Origin: Anaerolineales bacterium
Lineage (GTDB): Bacteria > Chloroflexota > Anaerolineae > Anaerolineales > E44-bin32
Direction of reading: 5' to 3'
Assembly: GCA_035693825.1 (NCBI GenBank)
Contig: DASSGB010000232.1
Location: 4,199 to 68,198, forward strand
Length of the DNA stretch: 64,000 bases
Position 1 is the first letter of the stretch. Every line of letters starts with the position of its first letter. The position numbers and the translations under genes are program-made. Shown here piece by piece: positions 36,470 through 44,377 of this stretch. Under the pieces are notes generated by a model. The model saw only the letters and a list, made by a program, of their open reading frames with translations. It was not told the DNA's origin and did not search any database.

Positions 36470-37852
36470 TCATTCGCGTTTGCGCCCGCGGCGTTTCGTT
36501 TTCACCGTCCGGGCGGTCCGTCCGGGCCTGCGCCGCGCGACGTCGGCCTCCAGCGTCGGAGCCTCGACGACCGCGGGTTCCAACACGGCGACCTCTGCCG
36601 GCGGCTCGGACCGACGTGCGAACGGAAGACGGCGGCGAAGGTTTCCGATCCACTGCGCGAACGAAACGCGCGCCTTGCCCGGCTCGGCCGGAAGGGCATC
36701 CAGGGAGGCCGGAAACGGGTCAACGTTGAGGACCTTGCGATACAGGTAGCCCAGAACCTCCCTCAACGAGGCGATGATCGGCGCCGCCAGGAACACGCCC
36801 AGGACCCCGGCGGTCGCGGCGCCCACCAGGACCCCGGCCAGGATGATCAGCGGGTGGACCTTGACGGCATCGCCCAGCACCCGCGGCACAATGACCGTGT
36901 TTTCCAGACTCTGAACCGTGACGTAGAAGGCCACGACGATCAGCGCGAACCAACCATTGGGAATCGCCAGGTACGTCGATCCCTGCAGCAAGGCGATCAA
37001 CGCCGCCGGAATCACCGCCAGGAGAGGGCCGAGGTTCGGGACGAGCTCGAGGAATCCGGCCAGCAGCCCCAGGCTGAGCGCATTGGGCAGGCCGAGCGCG
37101 GCCGTGCCCAGCGCCACCGCCGTCCCGATGATCACCATCAGCAGCAGTTGGCCCCGCAGGAACGCGTCCCACAGTCGCTCCAGCCGGTGGAACAGTTCGG
37201 TGATCTCGGGTCGCTGTGACTCGGGCAGGCCGTCGAGGACGCTTCGGATCATCTTGGGGCCGTCAACGCTCAGATAGACGCTGGCCACGAGGACGAACAC
37301 CAGGGACAGCAGGGAGGAAGCCACGCTGCCCACAACGCTGGCCGCGCTGCGAGAGAGAAGCGAGAACAGCGAACTCAGAATCGACGTGATGGACGAGAGA
37401 GAACCGGGGAGAGCCGTACCCGGGTTCTTCAGCGCGTCCAGCACCGGATCGACGATAGCCTCCACCGAAATCACGATGCCGAAGAAACGCAGGCCGGACA
37501 GCTTCCAGGCAGTGAGCGTGTCCACCAGCCAGCGCACGACCGTGTCGACCACCACCTGGTAGTCGATGCCGATCAGGAAGCCCACGGCGTTGACGAGGTG
37601 CGGGAGAAAGACCAGCGGAACGATGAGCAGCACCAGGCCCGCGATGAAATACGTCACCGCGACGGCGGAGGCCTTCGGCATGCGCAGGCGGAGGTGGAAG
37701 TAGTTGATGGTCGGGCGCACCAGGAACGCCAGCAGGATCGCCACCACCAGCTCCGGCAGCACCGGCCGGCTCAGGTACAGCAGCCAGACCACCACCAACA
37801 CCAGCCCCGCCCCCACCAGGTAGCGCGTCCCGGTCTTCCACTCATTCGTCAT
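36470..37852 (-). CDS. AI-2E family (PerM-like) transporter with an Arg-rich C-terminal tail
   Basis: 8 TM helices with an AI-2E-like layout, including the conserved ...GVLGVFLAAPIIA... block. Confidence 0.8.
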   Translation of the reverse strand: MTNEWKTGTRYLVGAGLVLVVVWLLYLSRPVLPELVVAILLAFLVRPTINYFHLRLRMPKASAVAVTYFIAGLVLLIVPLVFLPHLVNAVGFLIGIDYQVVVDTVVRWLVDTLTAWKLSGLRFFGIVISVEAIVDPVLDALKNPGTALPGSLSSITSILSSLFSLLSRSAASVVGSVASSLLSLVFVLVASVYLSVDGPKMIRSVLDGLPESQRPEITELFHRLERLWDAFLRGQLLLMVIIGTAVALGTAALGLPNALSLGLLAGFLELVPNLGPLLAVIPAALIALLQGSTYLAIPNGWFALIVVAFYVTVQSLENTVIVPRVLGDAVKVHPLIILAGVLVGAATAGVLGVFLAAPIIASLREVLGYLYRKVLNVDPFPASLDALPAEPGKARVSFAQWIGNLRRRLPFARRSEPPAEVAVLEPAVVEAPTLEADVARRRPGRTARTVKTKRRGRKRE

Positions 37853-37950
37853 GCTTCTGAACCTCCGCCCGCCTCACCCACCCGACTCTAGCACACCGCC
37901 ATCCGAAGAGCACTCTCGCCCGACGGCCTTTGGACTGCACCCTCAAGCTT

Positions 37951-37999
37951 CAAGTCCCCCAAGGGGATGCGAAGCGCGATCCCCGGTAGGGCAGTGAGG
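37951..37999 (+). repeat. Promoter-upstream element, compact copy
   Basis: CAAGTCCCCCAAGGGGATGCGAAGCGCGATCCCCGGTAGGGCAGTGAGG. It contains overlapping palindromes TCCCC-CAA-GGGGA and GGGGAT-N10-ATCCCC. Confidence 0.8.
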
Positions 38000-38021
38000 A
38001 TCGGTCGGCTCCGTATGAGCA

Positions 38022-38030
38022 TGCTAGAAT
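38022..38030 (+). promoter_or_regulatory. Extended -10 (TGCTAGAAT) 10 nt upstream of the recF ATG
   Basis: CATGCTAGAATCCGCGCGGCC-ATG. No SD, so the transcript is leaderless or near-leaderless. Confidence 0.5.
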
Positions 38031-38040
38031 CCGCGCGGCC

Positions 38041-39261
38041 ATGCTCCTCGCGCATCTTTCTCTGAGCAACTTCCGCAATTTCATTCGCCTCGAGTCGGCT
38101 CTTCCAGCCGGCACGACGCTCGTCCTTGGCGCCAACGCCCAGGGAAAAACCAGCCTGCTCGAAGCCATTCACTATCTGGTGGCCGCCGATTCGCCGCACG
38201 CCGCTCAGGATCGCCAGCTCATCAACTTTCTGGCCCTGGCCGAATCGACTCCGGTGGCGCGTCTCGTCGGCGAAGTCCATCGCGCCGATCGCATCTTGCG
38301 CGTCGAGATTCGACTGGTCCTCGAGAAGACGAACGGCGAAGAGCCGCGCCTGCGGAAAGATGTCTTGCTCAACGGCGTCCGGCGGCGCGTCGGCGACCTG
38401 GCGGGAGTCTTCAACGCCGTTCTCTTTCTGCCCGAGGACCTGCAGGTGCTCGAAGGCCCACCGGCAGAGCGGCGGCGCTATCTGGATCTGGCCCTTTCGC
38501 AGGCCGATCCCCAATACGCCGCATCGCTCGCCGAGTACGGCCGGGTGATCACCCAGCGCAACGCGTTGCTCAAACAGCTTTCGGACCAAGCCGCCAACGG
38601 GGATCAGCTCGAGTTCTGGGATCGCCAGGCGGCCGAGGCCGGCGCCAGCCTGTTCCGCGGGCGGGCTCTGGCTGTTCGCGAACTCGAAACGTTGGCCGCT
38701 CCCGTGCATGCGGAGCTGACCCGCGGGGCCGAGAGTCTGCGCCTCGAGTACCTGCCGGCGCTGCCTGCTGCCGTTCCGGGCGACGGCCAGCTCGGCCTGC
38801 CCCTGGCCGAAACCACCGACTGGACCGGCCTGTCGCACGCCGCCTGGCGCGATCGCCTGAGCACGGCGCTGGCTCGGATGCGGCCGGATGACGTCCTGCG
38901 CGGCTCGACTCTGGTCGGCCCCCACCGCGACGAACTGCGACTTCTCTCGAACGGGATCGACCTCCGGCCCTACGGATCGCGCGGTCAGAATCGAACGGCG
39001 ATGATCTCGCTCAAGCTGGCCGAGGTCGAATGGCTGCGCCAGCGAACGGGCGAGTGGCCGGTGCTGCTCCTCGACGAAGTCCTGGCCGAGCTGGATCAGG
39101 ACCGCCGGCGAGACTTGCTGGCCCGAGTCTCCCAGAGCCAGCAGGCCCTGCTCACTTCGACGGACGAATCCCTGTTCGATGAGGAGTTTCGCCGGCGCTC
39201 GACGATCTGGCGCATCCGCGCCGGGCAGCTGGAGCCCGCCTCCCCCGGCCTCAGCGGTTGA
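38041..39261 (+). CDS. recF: DNA replication and repair protein RecF
   Basis: LSLSNFRNF...LVLGANAQGKTSLLEAI (Walker A), then the signature/Walker B region ...LLLDEVLAELD. Confidence 0.95.
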   Translation: MLLAHLSLSNFRNFIRLESALPAGTTLVLGANAQGKTSLLEAIHYLVAADSPHAAQDRQLINFLALAESTPVARLVGEVHRADRILRVEIRLVLEKTNGEEPRLRKDVLLNGVRRRVGDLAGVFNAVLFLPEDLQVLEGPPAERRRYLDLALSQADPQYAASLAEYGRVITQRNALLKQLSDQAANGDQLEFWDRQAAEAGASLFRGRALAVRELETLAAPVHAELTRGAESLRLEYLPALPAAVPGDGQLGLPLAETTDWTGLSHAAWRDRLSTALARMRPDDVLRGSTLVGPHRDELRLLSNGIDLRPYGSRGQNRTAMISLKLAEVEWLRQRTGEWPVLLLDEVLAELDQDRRRDLLARVSQSQQALLTSTDESLFDEEFRRRSTIWRIRAGQLEPASPGLSG

Positions 39262-39277
39262 TGCGCTTGCGGGAGCG

Positions 39278-40015
39278 CTAGCGCAGCGGACGACGCGTCG
39301 GCAGCCCGGCCCGACGCGGGTACGCCGGCGGCGTCGCGGCCGTCTTGTCGATGACGATCAGGTAGCGGGCCTCGGCCACTCCCGGCAGCTCAACCGGCGC
39401 CACCTGCCGCAGTTGCCCCCCCAGCACGCGAATCGCCATCTCCGCCTGATGCGCTTCGGACGGCCCGCTTTCCCCTTTCTGGGCGATCGCTTTTCCGCCT
39501 CGGCGGACCAGAGGCAGCAAATACTCGACGAGCACCGGCAGCGCGGCCACCGCCCGCGCAACGGCGACGTCGTACTGCTGGCGGTGCGCCTCGTCCCTTC
39601 CCGCCTCCTCGGCCCGGGCATGCACGACCTGGACGCCCTCCAATCCCAGATGCTCGACGATGTGCCGGCAGAAGTCGGCTTTCTTGCCCGTGGCTTCGAT
39701 CAGCGTCACAGACAGGGCCGGGCAGGCAATCTTGATGGGCAGGCCGGGGAAACCCGCCCCGCTGCCGACGTCGACCAGCTTTCCGGTGGGGGTCCGCCCA
39801 AGGTGCGGCACGACCGTCAGCGAATCGAGGAAGTGTTTGACTTCGATGCCCGCCGGATCGGTGATGGCCGTCAGATTGGCGCGTTCGTTCCACGCCACCA
39901 ACTCGGCGGCGTAGGCCGCGAACGCCTCCAGCTGACGCCGCGAAAGGGTCACACCCAGCCGGCGGCGGGCAGCATCCTGGAGGCTCGATAGGCCGGCGGC
40001 GGCCGACGTTATCAC
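39278..40015 (-). CDS. rsmG: 16S rRNA (guanine527-N7)-methyltransferase
   Basis: Contains NLTAITDP...KHFLDSL...DVGSGAGFPGLPIKI. GTG start. Confidence 0.9.
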   Translation of the reverse strand: MITSAAAGLSSLQDAARRRLGVTLSRRQLEAFAAYAAELVAWNERANLTAITDPAGIEVKHFLDSLTVVPHLGRTPTGKLVDVGSGAGFPGLPIKIACPALSVTLIEATGKKADFCRHIVEHLGLEGVQVVHARAEEAGRDEAHRQQYDVAVARAVAALPVLVEYLLPLVRRGGKAIAQKGESGPSEAHQAEMAIRVLGGQLRQVAPVELPGVAEARYLIVIDKTAATPPAYPRRAGLPTRRPLR

Positions 40016-40039
40016 CGAAGAGAAACGCCAGGGCGTGAA

Positions 40040-40873
40040 TCAGTCGGAGTCGGCATACCGGCGGAGGTACAGCGTCGCCAGGCCCGAACGCAGGCGCTGG
40101 GCGACGGCCTCCTTGCGCGCCGATCCGACGCGGTAATTGCGGGCCAGCTGCAATGCCAGTTTGGCCGTAGCTTCGGGTGGCTCGCCTCGTGCCTGCAAGC
40201 GCGTCAGGCGGCCGTCCACTTTTCTCAGAAACGAGGCCATCGCCGAGAACGCTTCGCCGCGCACCTGGCCGTCGCGGCTGGAAAGGATGCGGTACTTGCG
40301 GAAGGCCGCCCCTCGCAGCTCGTGGAGCGACTCGAGCCAGGCGTCGATGTCCGCCTCGCCCAGGTAGGGCGGCTCGCGCAGCGAGACCAGGTCACCCACG
40401 AAGATCGTGCGCTTCGCAGGCAGAACCACCCAGATCGCGCCGGGGGTCGGCCCGGGGCGATGCCAGAGTTCCACCGGAGTATTGCCGAGCATCAGGGTCA
40501 GCGTGTCTGTGAAAGCGATGTGGGGGACCGCCCGGTGGATGCCCGCCACGCGGCGCAAGCGATCGGACTCGGCGCCCATCGGCATGGGCGGCTTGTAGAC
40601 GTCCGGCCAGGCGGCGATGGCTTCACGCGTGGCCTGGTGGGCGATGACGGCCAGGTCGAGGCCGCGCGCCCCGAGGACTCGGTCCGGATGCTGATCGAGC
40701 AGCACGACCATGCGCGGCCGGCCGCGCAGGCCGAGCTCCCCGAGCCACTCCCGACCGTCCTCGATTCGCAGCGGGGTGTCGATGAGCAGCACATCGCCGT
40801 CGGCCGCCGCCGCGCCCAGGATCACCCCCGGGTATCGATCCTCCAGGAACACGCCCTGCACGACTTCGCGCAT
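40040..40873 (-). CDS. Metallo-beta-lactamase-fold-like protein with a degenerate metal motif
   Basis: MBL-like beta-strand pattern (VLLIDTP...VVLLDQHPDRVLG), but HxHxDH is replaced by DQHPDR. ATG at 40873; the GTG at 40924 is the alternative. Confidence 0.5.
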   Translation of the reverse strand: MREVVQGVFLEDRYPGVILGAAAADGDVLLIDTPLRIEDGREWLGELGLRGRPRMVVLLDQHPDRVLGARGLDLAVIAHQATREAIAAWPDVYKPPMPMGAESDRLRRVAGIHRAVPHIAFTDTLTLMLGNTPVELWHRPGPTPGAIWVVLPAKRTIFVGDLVSLREPPYLGEADIDAWLESLHELRGAAFRKYRILSSRDGQVRGEAFSAMASFLRKVDGRLTRLQARGEPPEATAKLALQLARNYRVGSARKEAVAQRLRSGLATLYLRRYADSD

Positions 40874-40920
40874 CTCGTCCTCGGCTGTCCGCGCCCGACG
40901 GCCAACTTGGTGCGCCGGCG

Positions 40921-43008
40921 TCACGCCTCGCTGGACAGCGGCAGGCTGAAGGAGAAGGTCGAGCCCTTCCCCGGATCACTCTCGACCCAAATCCGTCCCC
41001 CATGGGCCTCAACGGCCAGGCGGCAGAAGGCCAGGCCCAGGCCGAGGCCTTTGGCGTTGCCTTCCTGATTGGCCCGGGCAAACTTCTCGAAGATGTTCTT
41101 CTGCTCGCTGGCCGGAATCCCCGGCCCGTTGTCGGTGACGCTCACCACGAGGTCGCCGGCCCGGGCGTGGGCCGCCACGCCGATCTGCCCGCCGCTGCGC
41201 GTGTACTTGATGGCGTTTTCCAGCAGGTTGATCAGCACCCGCCGGATCATGTCGACGTCCATCTCGACCGCCGGCAGCTCGGCTTTGCCCAGCCCGAACT
41301 GCAGCAGGTGGCCCCTGGCCTCCGCCACGGGATGGACTTCCTCGACCGCCTCGGCGATGAGGCCGCTGATGGCGGCCGGCGTCTTGTGCAGAACCGCCTG
41401 CCCCGATTCCAGCTGACCCAGATCGAGCAGCGACTCGACCAGCCGCGACAGCCGCCGGCTGGAGCGCAGGGCGATGGACAGGATCGACTGCATGGCCTCA
41501 TCGTCCTGCGGCAGCGTTGCCTGGAGCATCTCCAGGCTCGAGATGATGTTGCCCAGCGGCGAACGCAAATCGTGGAAGATCATCGAGGTCAGATCCAGCC
41601 GCAGCTCGTCCAGCGCCAGCCGCTCGGAGATGTCGCGCAGAATCCACTGCAGCGTACCCTGCGGCCCGATGTCGATCCGCTTGACGTGAATCTCGATCGG
41701 CAGCTGCCGCCCGTCGCGGTGCATCGCTCGTCCGGTGTAATCGTCGGTTTCGCCCTCCTGCAGGCTGCCGAGCTCCGGGGGGTGTTGGTCGGGATCCGGT
41801 TGGTGCAGCTTCAACACCGATTCACCGACCAGGTCATCATGCGAGGTGCCCAGGAACTCCTGGGCCCTCCGATTGGCATCACTGACCTTTCCCTGCAGGT
41901 CGGTGATGAGAATCGGGTCGATGCTGTCTTCGAACAGGCTGGCGTAACGCTGCCGCGCCGCCTGGGTTTCGGCGAACATCTGGGAGTTGGTCACGGCGGC
42001 CGCGGCTTGATCGGCGAAGGCCGCCACCAGCTCGGCCTGCGTCGCCCCGTAGGTGCCGACCCGGCGGCTGTCGACGTTGAGCACGCCCACGGCCCGATCG
42101 CGCACGATCAACGGCGCGCCGATCCAGCCGCGGATCAGGGCCGACTCGGGCACTTCGTCCGAGCGCACCCAGCCGCGCTCTTCCTGCACGTTGCCGATGA
42201 CCAGCGTTTGGCGCGTGGTCAGCACGCGGCCGGTCAGCATATCGGGGTTCACCGGCAAGGTCAGGCCGATGATGGCCCGGTTGTTGGCGAAGCCGCGCGC
42301 CGCCACCAGGCGCAGGACGTCCCCATCGCGCAGCAGAATGCTGGCGCTGTCGAAGTCCACCACGCGTTCGAGCTGCTCCAGGACCGTGGGAAAGACCAAG
42401 GCCGGGTCGAGGGTTGAGCTGATCGATCGGGCGACTTCCTGGAGCGTCGAGGCAAACTTGCGCCGCTCTTGCTCGGCGCTGAACAGCCGGGCATTCTCGA
42501 CGGCGATGCCGGCCTGGTCGGCGATGGCGCTCAGCAGCTCCAGGTCGTCTTCATTGAAGTGGCCCGCCTCGGGATGGACGAGCGTCAATACGCCCACGAC
42601 GCGGGTGCGGGTCATCAACGGGACGGAGATGACCGAACGCGACTCGCCCTCCGCTTCGTGCTCGGGTCGCCGCAGCCAGCGCGGATCGTCGGCCGTTCGC
42701 CGCACCAGGGCCGGCTCGCGGTGCTCGACCACCCAGCCCGCCAGGCCGCGCTCGAAGGTGTCGGTCAGCTGCTCGGCGGTGTGGTCGTGGACTTTGCCTT
42801 CGTAGGCCAGCGCGCCCTCGAGCACTTCGCCCTGGTTGTTGAGCACCAGAATGCTGCCGCTCGGAGCCCCGACGGTTTCCAGGGTCAGTTGAAGAATGTG
42901 CTGAAGCAGTTGGCGGAGATCGAGTTGCGCCGCAAGCTCGCGGCCGATGCGATACAGCAGCTCGAGCGAGGAACGCGTTCGTTCACGGGCCGGCCCGTGG
43001 GCGGTCAC
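40921..43008 (-). CDS. Cytoplasmic GAF-GAF-PAS sensor histidine kinase
   Basis: Two or three GAF blocks, PAS (IDPILITDLQGKVSDAN), HisKA (FHDLRSPLGNI) and HATPase_c (DNGPGIP...GLGLGLAF). No response regulator is adjacent. Confidence 0.9.
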   Translation of the reverse strand: MTAHGPARERTRSSLELLYRIGRELAAQLDLRQLLQHILQLTLETVGAPSGSILVLNNQGEVLEGALAYEGKVHDHTAEQLTDTFERGLAGWVVEHREPALVRRTADDPRWLRRPEHEAEGESRSVISVPLMTRTRVVGVLTLVHPEAGHFNEDDLELLSAIADQAGIAVENARLFSAEQERRKFASTLQEVARSISSTLDPALVFPTVLEQLERVVDFDSASILLRDGDVLRLVAARGFANNRAIIGLTLPVNPDMLTGRVLTTRQTLVIGNVQEERGWVRSDEVPESALIRGWIGAPLIVRDRAVGVLNVDSRRVGTYGATQAELVAAFADQAAAAVTNSQMFAETQAARQRYASLFEDSIDPILITDLQGKVSDANRRAQEFLGTSHDDLVGESVLKLHQPDPDQHPPELGSLQEGETDDYTGRAMHRDGRQLPIEIHVKRIDIGPQGTLQWILRDISERLALDELRLDLTSMIFHDLRSPLGNIISSLEMLQATLPQDDEAMQSILSIALRSSRRLSRLVESLLDLGQLESGQAVLHKTPAAISGLIAEAVEEVHPVAEARGHLLQFGLGKAELPAVEMDVDMIRRVLINLLENAIKYTRSGGQIGVAAHARAGDLVVSVTDNGPGIPASEQKNIFEKFARANQEGNAKGLGLGLAFCRLAVEAHGGRIWVESDPGKGSTFSFSLPLSSEA

Positions 43009-44165
43009 AGCAGATCCTTCAATCCGGTGCCGGTGTTGAACAGGATGACACGCTCATCGGGCTTGATCCAACCGCGGCGTGCCAGGCTGGCGGCGCCGGC
43101 GACCGTGGCCGCGCCTTCGAGACAGGCGAGCACGCCTTCCGTTCGCGCCAGCAGCTCTCGCGCCTGGCGCATCTCGCTTTCGCTGACCGTCACTCCGGTT
43201 CCCTTCGTGCTCCGTACCACATCCAGAATCAGCCGGTCGGCCAGCGGCTTGGGCACGCGCAATCCGGCGGCTCCGGTCTGCGCCCCCTCCCAGCGCTCGG
43301 CACGCTCCTCGCCGCGCTCGAGGGCGCGCACGATCGGGGCGCAGCCCTCCGGCTGCACCGCCACCATGCGCGGTCGCTTGGGCCCGATCCAGCCGAGTGC
43401 TTCCAACTCGTCGAAGGCTTTGACCATGCCCACCAGGCCCGTCCCGCCCCCGGTCGGATACAGGATGACGTCCGGCAATTCCTCGCGGAACGCCTCCACC
43501 AGCTCGAATCCCATGGTCTTCTTGCCTTCCACGCGTCCCACCTCTCGAAAGGTCGAGAGATCAAGCCAGCCGTTGGCTTTGCCGGCGGCGACGGCCTCGC
43601 GGCCCGCGACATCGATCAGACCGTCCACAGGATGCACCCGCGCCCCGGCCGCTTCGATCTCGCGGCGAATGCGCGCCGGGGCATCCGCCGGCATGAAGAT
43701 CTCGGCCTGCGCGCCGGCGCGGGCGGCATACGCCGCAAGCGCCGCCCCGGCGTTTCCCGCCGTCGGCAGTACGAAGTGATCCGCCCCGTGCTCCAGCGCT
43801 CTCGCCACCGCCACGGCCAGGCCGCGGGCCTTGAACGTTCCGGTCGGATTGACGCCTTCATCCTTGACCCACACCGCCGTCAGCCCGAGGCGCCGCGCCA
43901 TTTCCCGCACGGGCAGGAGCGGCGTGTCGCCCTCACCCAGACTTAGAGTCCGGCCGATCGACGGGGAAGCCGGCAGCAGCTCCGACCAGCGCCAGATTCC
44001 TGAAGGGCGGCCTGCCACCTCTTCCGGTGTCAGCCGCCCCTGCAGCACCTCAAGATCATAGCGGGCGAGCAGCGCCGAGTCACACTCCGGACAGATGGCC
44101 GAAAGCCGGTCGGCGTCATACCAGGCACGGCATCCGGAACATTCCAGGCCGCGCAGCGCACCCAT
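43005..44165 (-). CDS. thrC: Threonine synthase (with an N-terminal Cys4 zinc ribbon)
   Basis: PLP-Lys motif NPTGTFKARG and N-terminal C..C...C..C. The ATG at 44165 sits 9 nt downstream of a TGCTATACT box. Confidence 0.85.
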   Translation of the reverse strand: MGALRGLECSGCRAWYDADRLSAICPECDSALLARYDLEVLQGRLTPEEVAGRPSGIWRWSELLPASPSIGRTLSLGEGDTPLLPVREMARRLGLTAVWVKDEGVNPTGTFKARGLAVAVARALEHGADHFVLPTAGNAGAALAAYAARAGAQAEIFMPADAPARIRREIEAAGARVHPVDGLIDVAGREAVAAGKANGWLDLSTFREVGRVEGKKTMGFELVEAFREELPDVILYPTGGGTGLVGMVKAFDELEALGWIGPKRPRMVAVQPEGCAPIVRALERGEERAERWEGAQTGAAGLRVPKPLADRLILDVVRSTKGTGVTVSESEMRQARELLARTEGVLACLEGAATVAGAASLARRGWIKPDERVILFNTGTGLKDLL

Positions 44166-44174
44166 GTTGTGACG

Positions 44175-44183
44175 AGTATAGCA
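44175..44183 (-). promoter_or_regulatory. Extended -10 (TGCTATACT) 9 nt upstream of the thrC ATG
   Basis: The minus strand reads GCATGCTATACTCGTCACAAC-ATG. Confidence 0.5.
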
Positions 44184-44332
44184 TGCGCCCCTGTCTTGCC
44201 GATGCGACATAAGCAGGCTGCCGTATTCAAGACTCTGGATTCGGCCCCCCTCCGGCTGCGGCTCAGCCTATCGGCCTCGCCTCGCCTGCGGGGGGAATGG
44301 TTTCGGACATGGACGGGAGATTCCTCGATCGC

Positions 44333-44375
44333 CAATAGCCAACGGCAGACGGCGGACGGCTGACGGCCGACGGCC
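44333..44375. repeat. Heptamer array (NGACGGC x5-6)
   Basis: CAACGGC AGACGGC GGACGGC TGACGGC CGACGGC. It abuts the stop codon at 44378-44380 of the minus-strand gene. Confidence 0.9.
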
Positions 44376-44377
44376 TT

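Noticed and set aside
37853-40040. A replication origin near recF and rsmG, which are often oriC-linked genes.
   Set aside because: There is no dnaA, dnaN or gyrB, no cluster of TTATCCACA-like DnaA boxes (only isolated TTATCCGC-like 8-mers elsewhere, near 11100 and 49064), and no AT-rich unwinding element.
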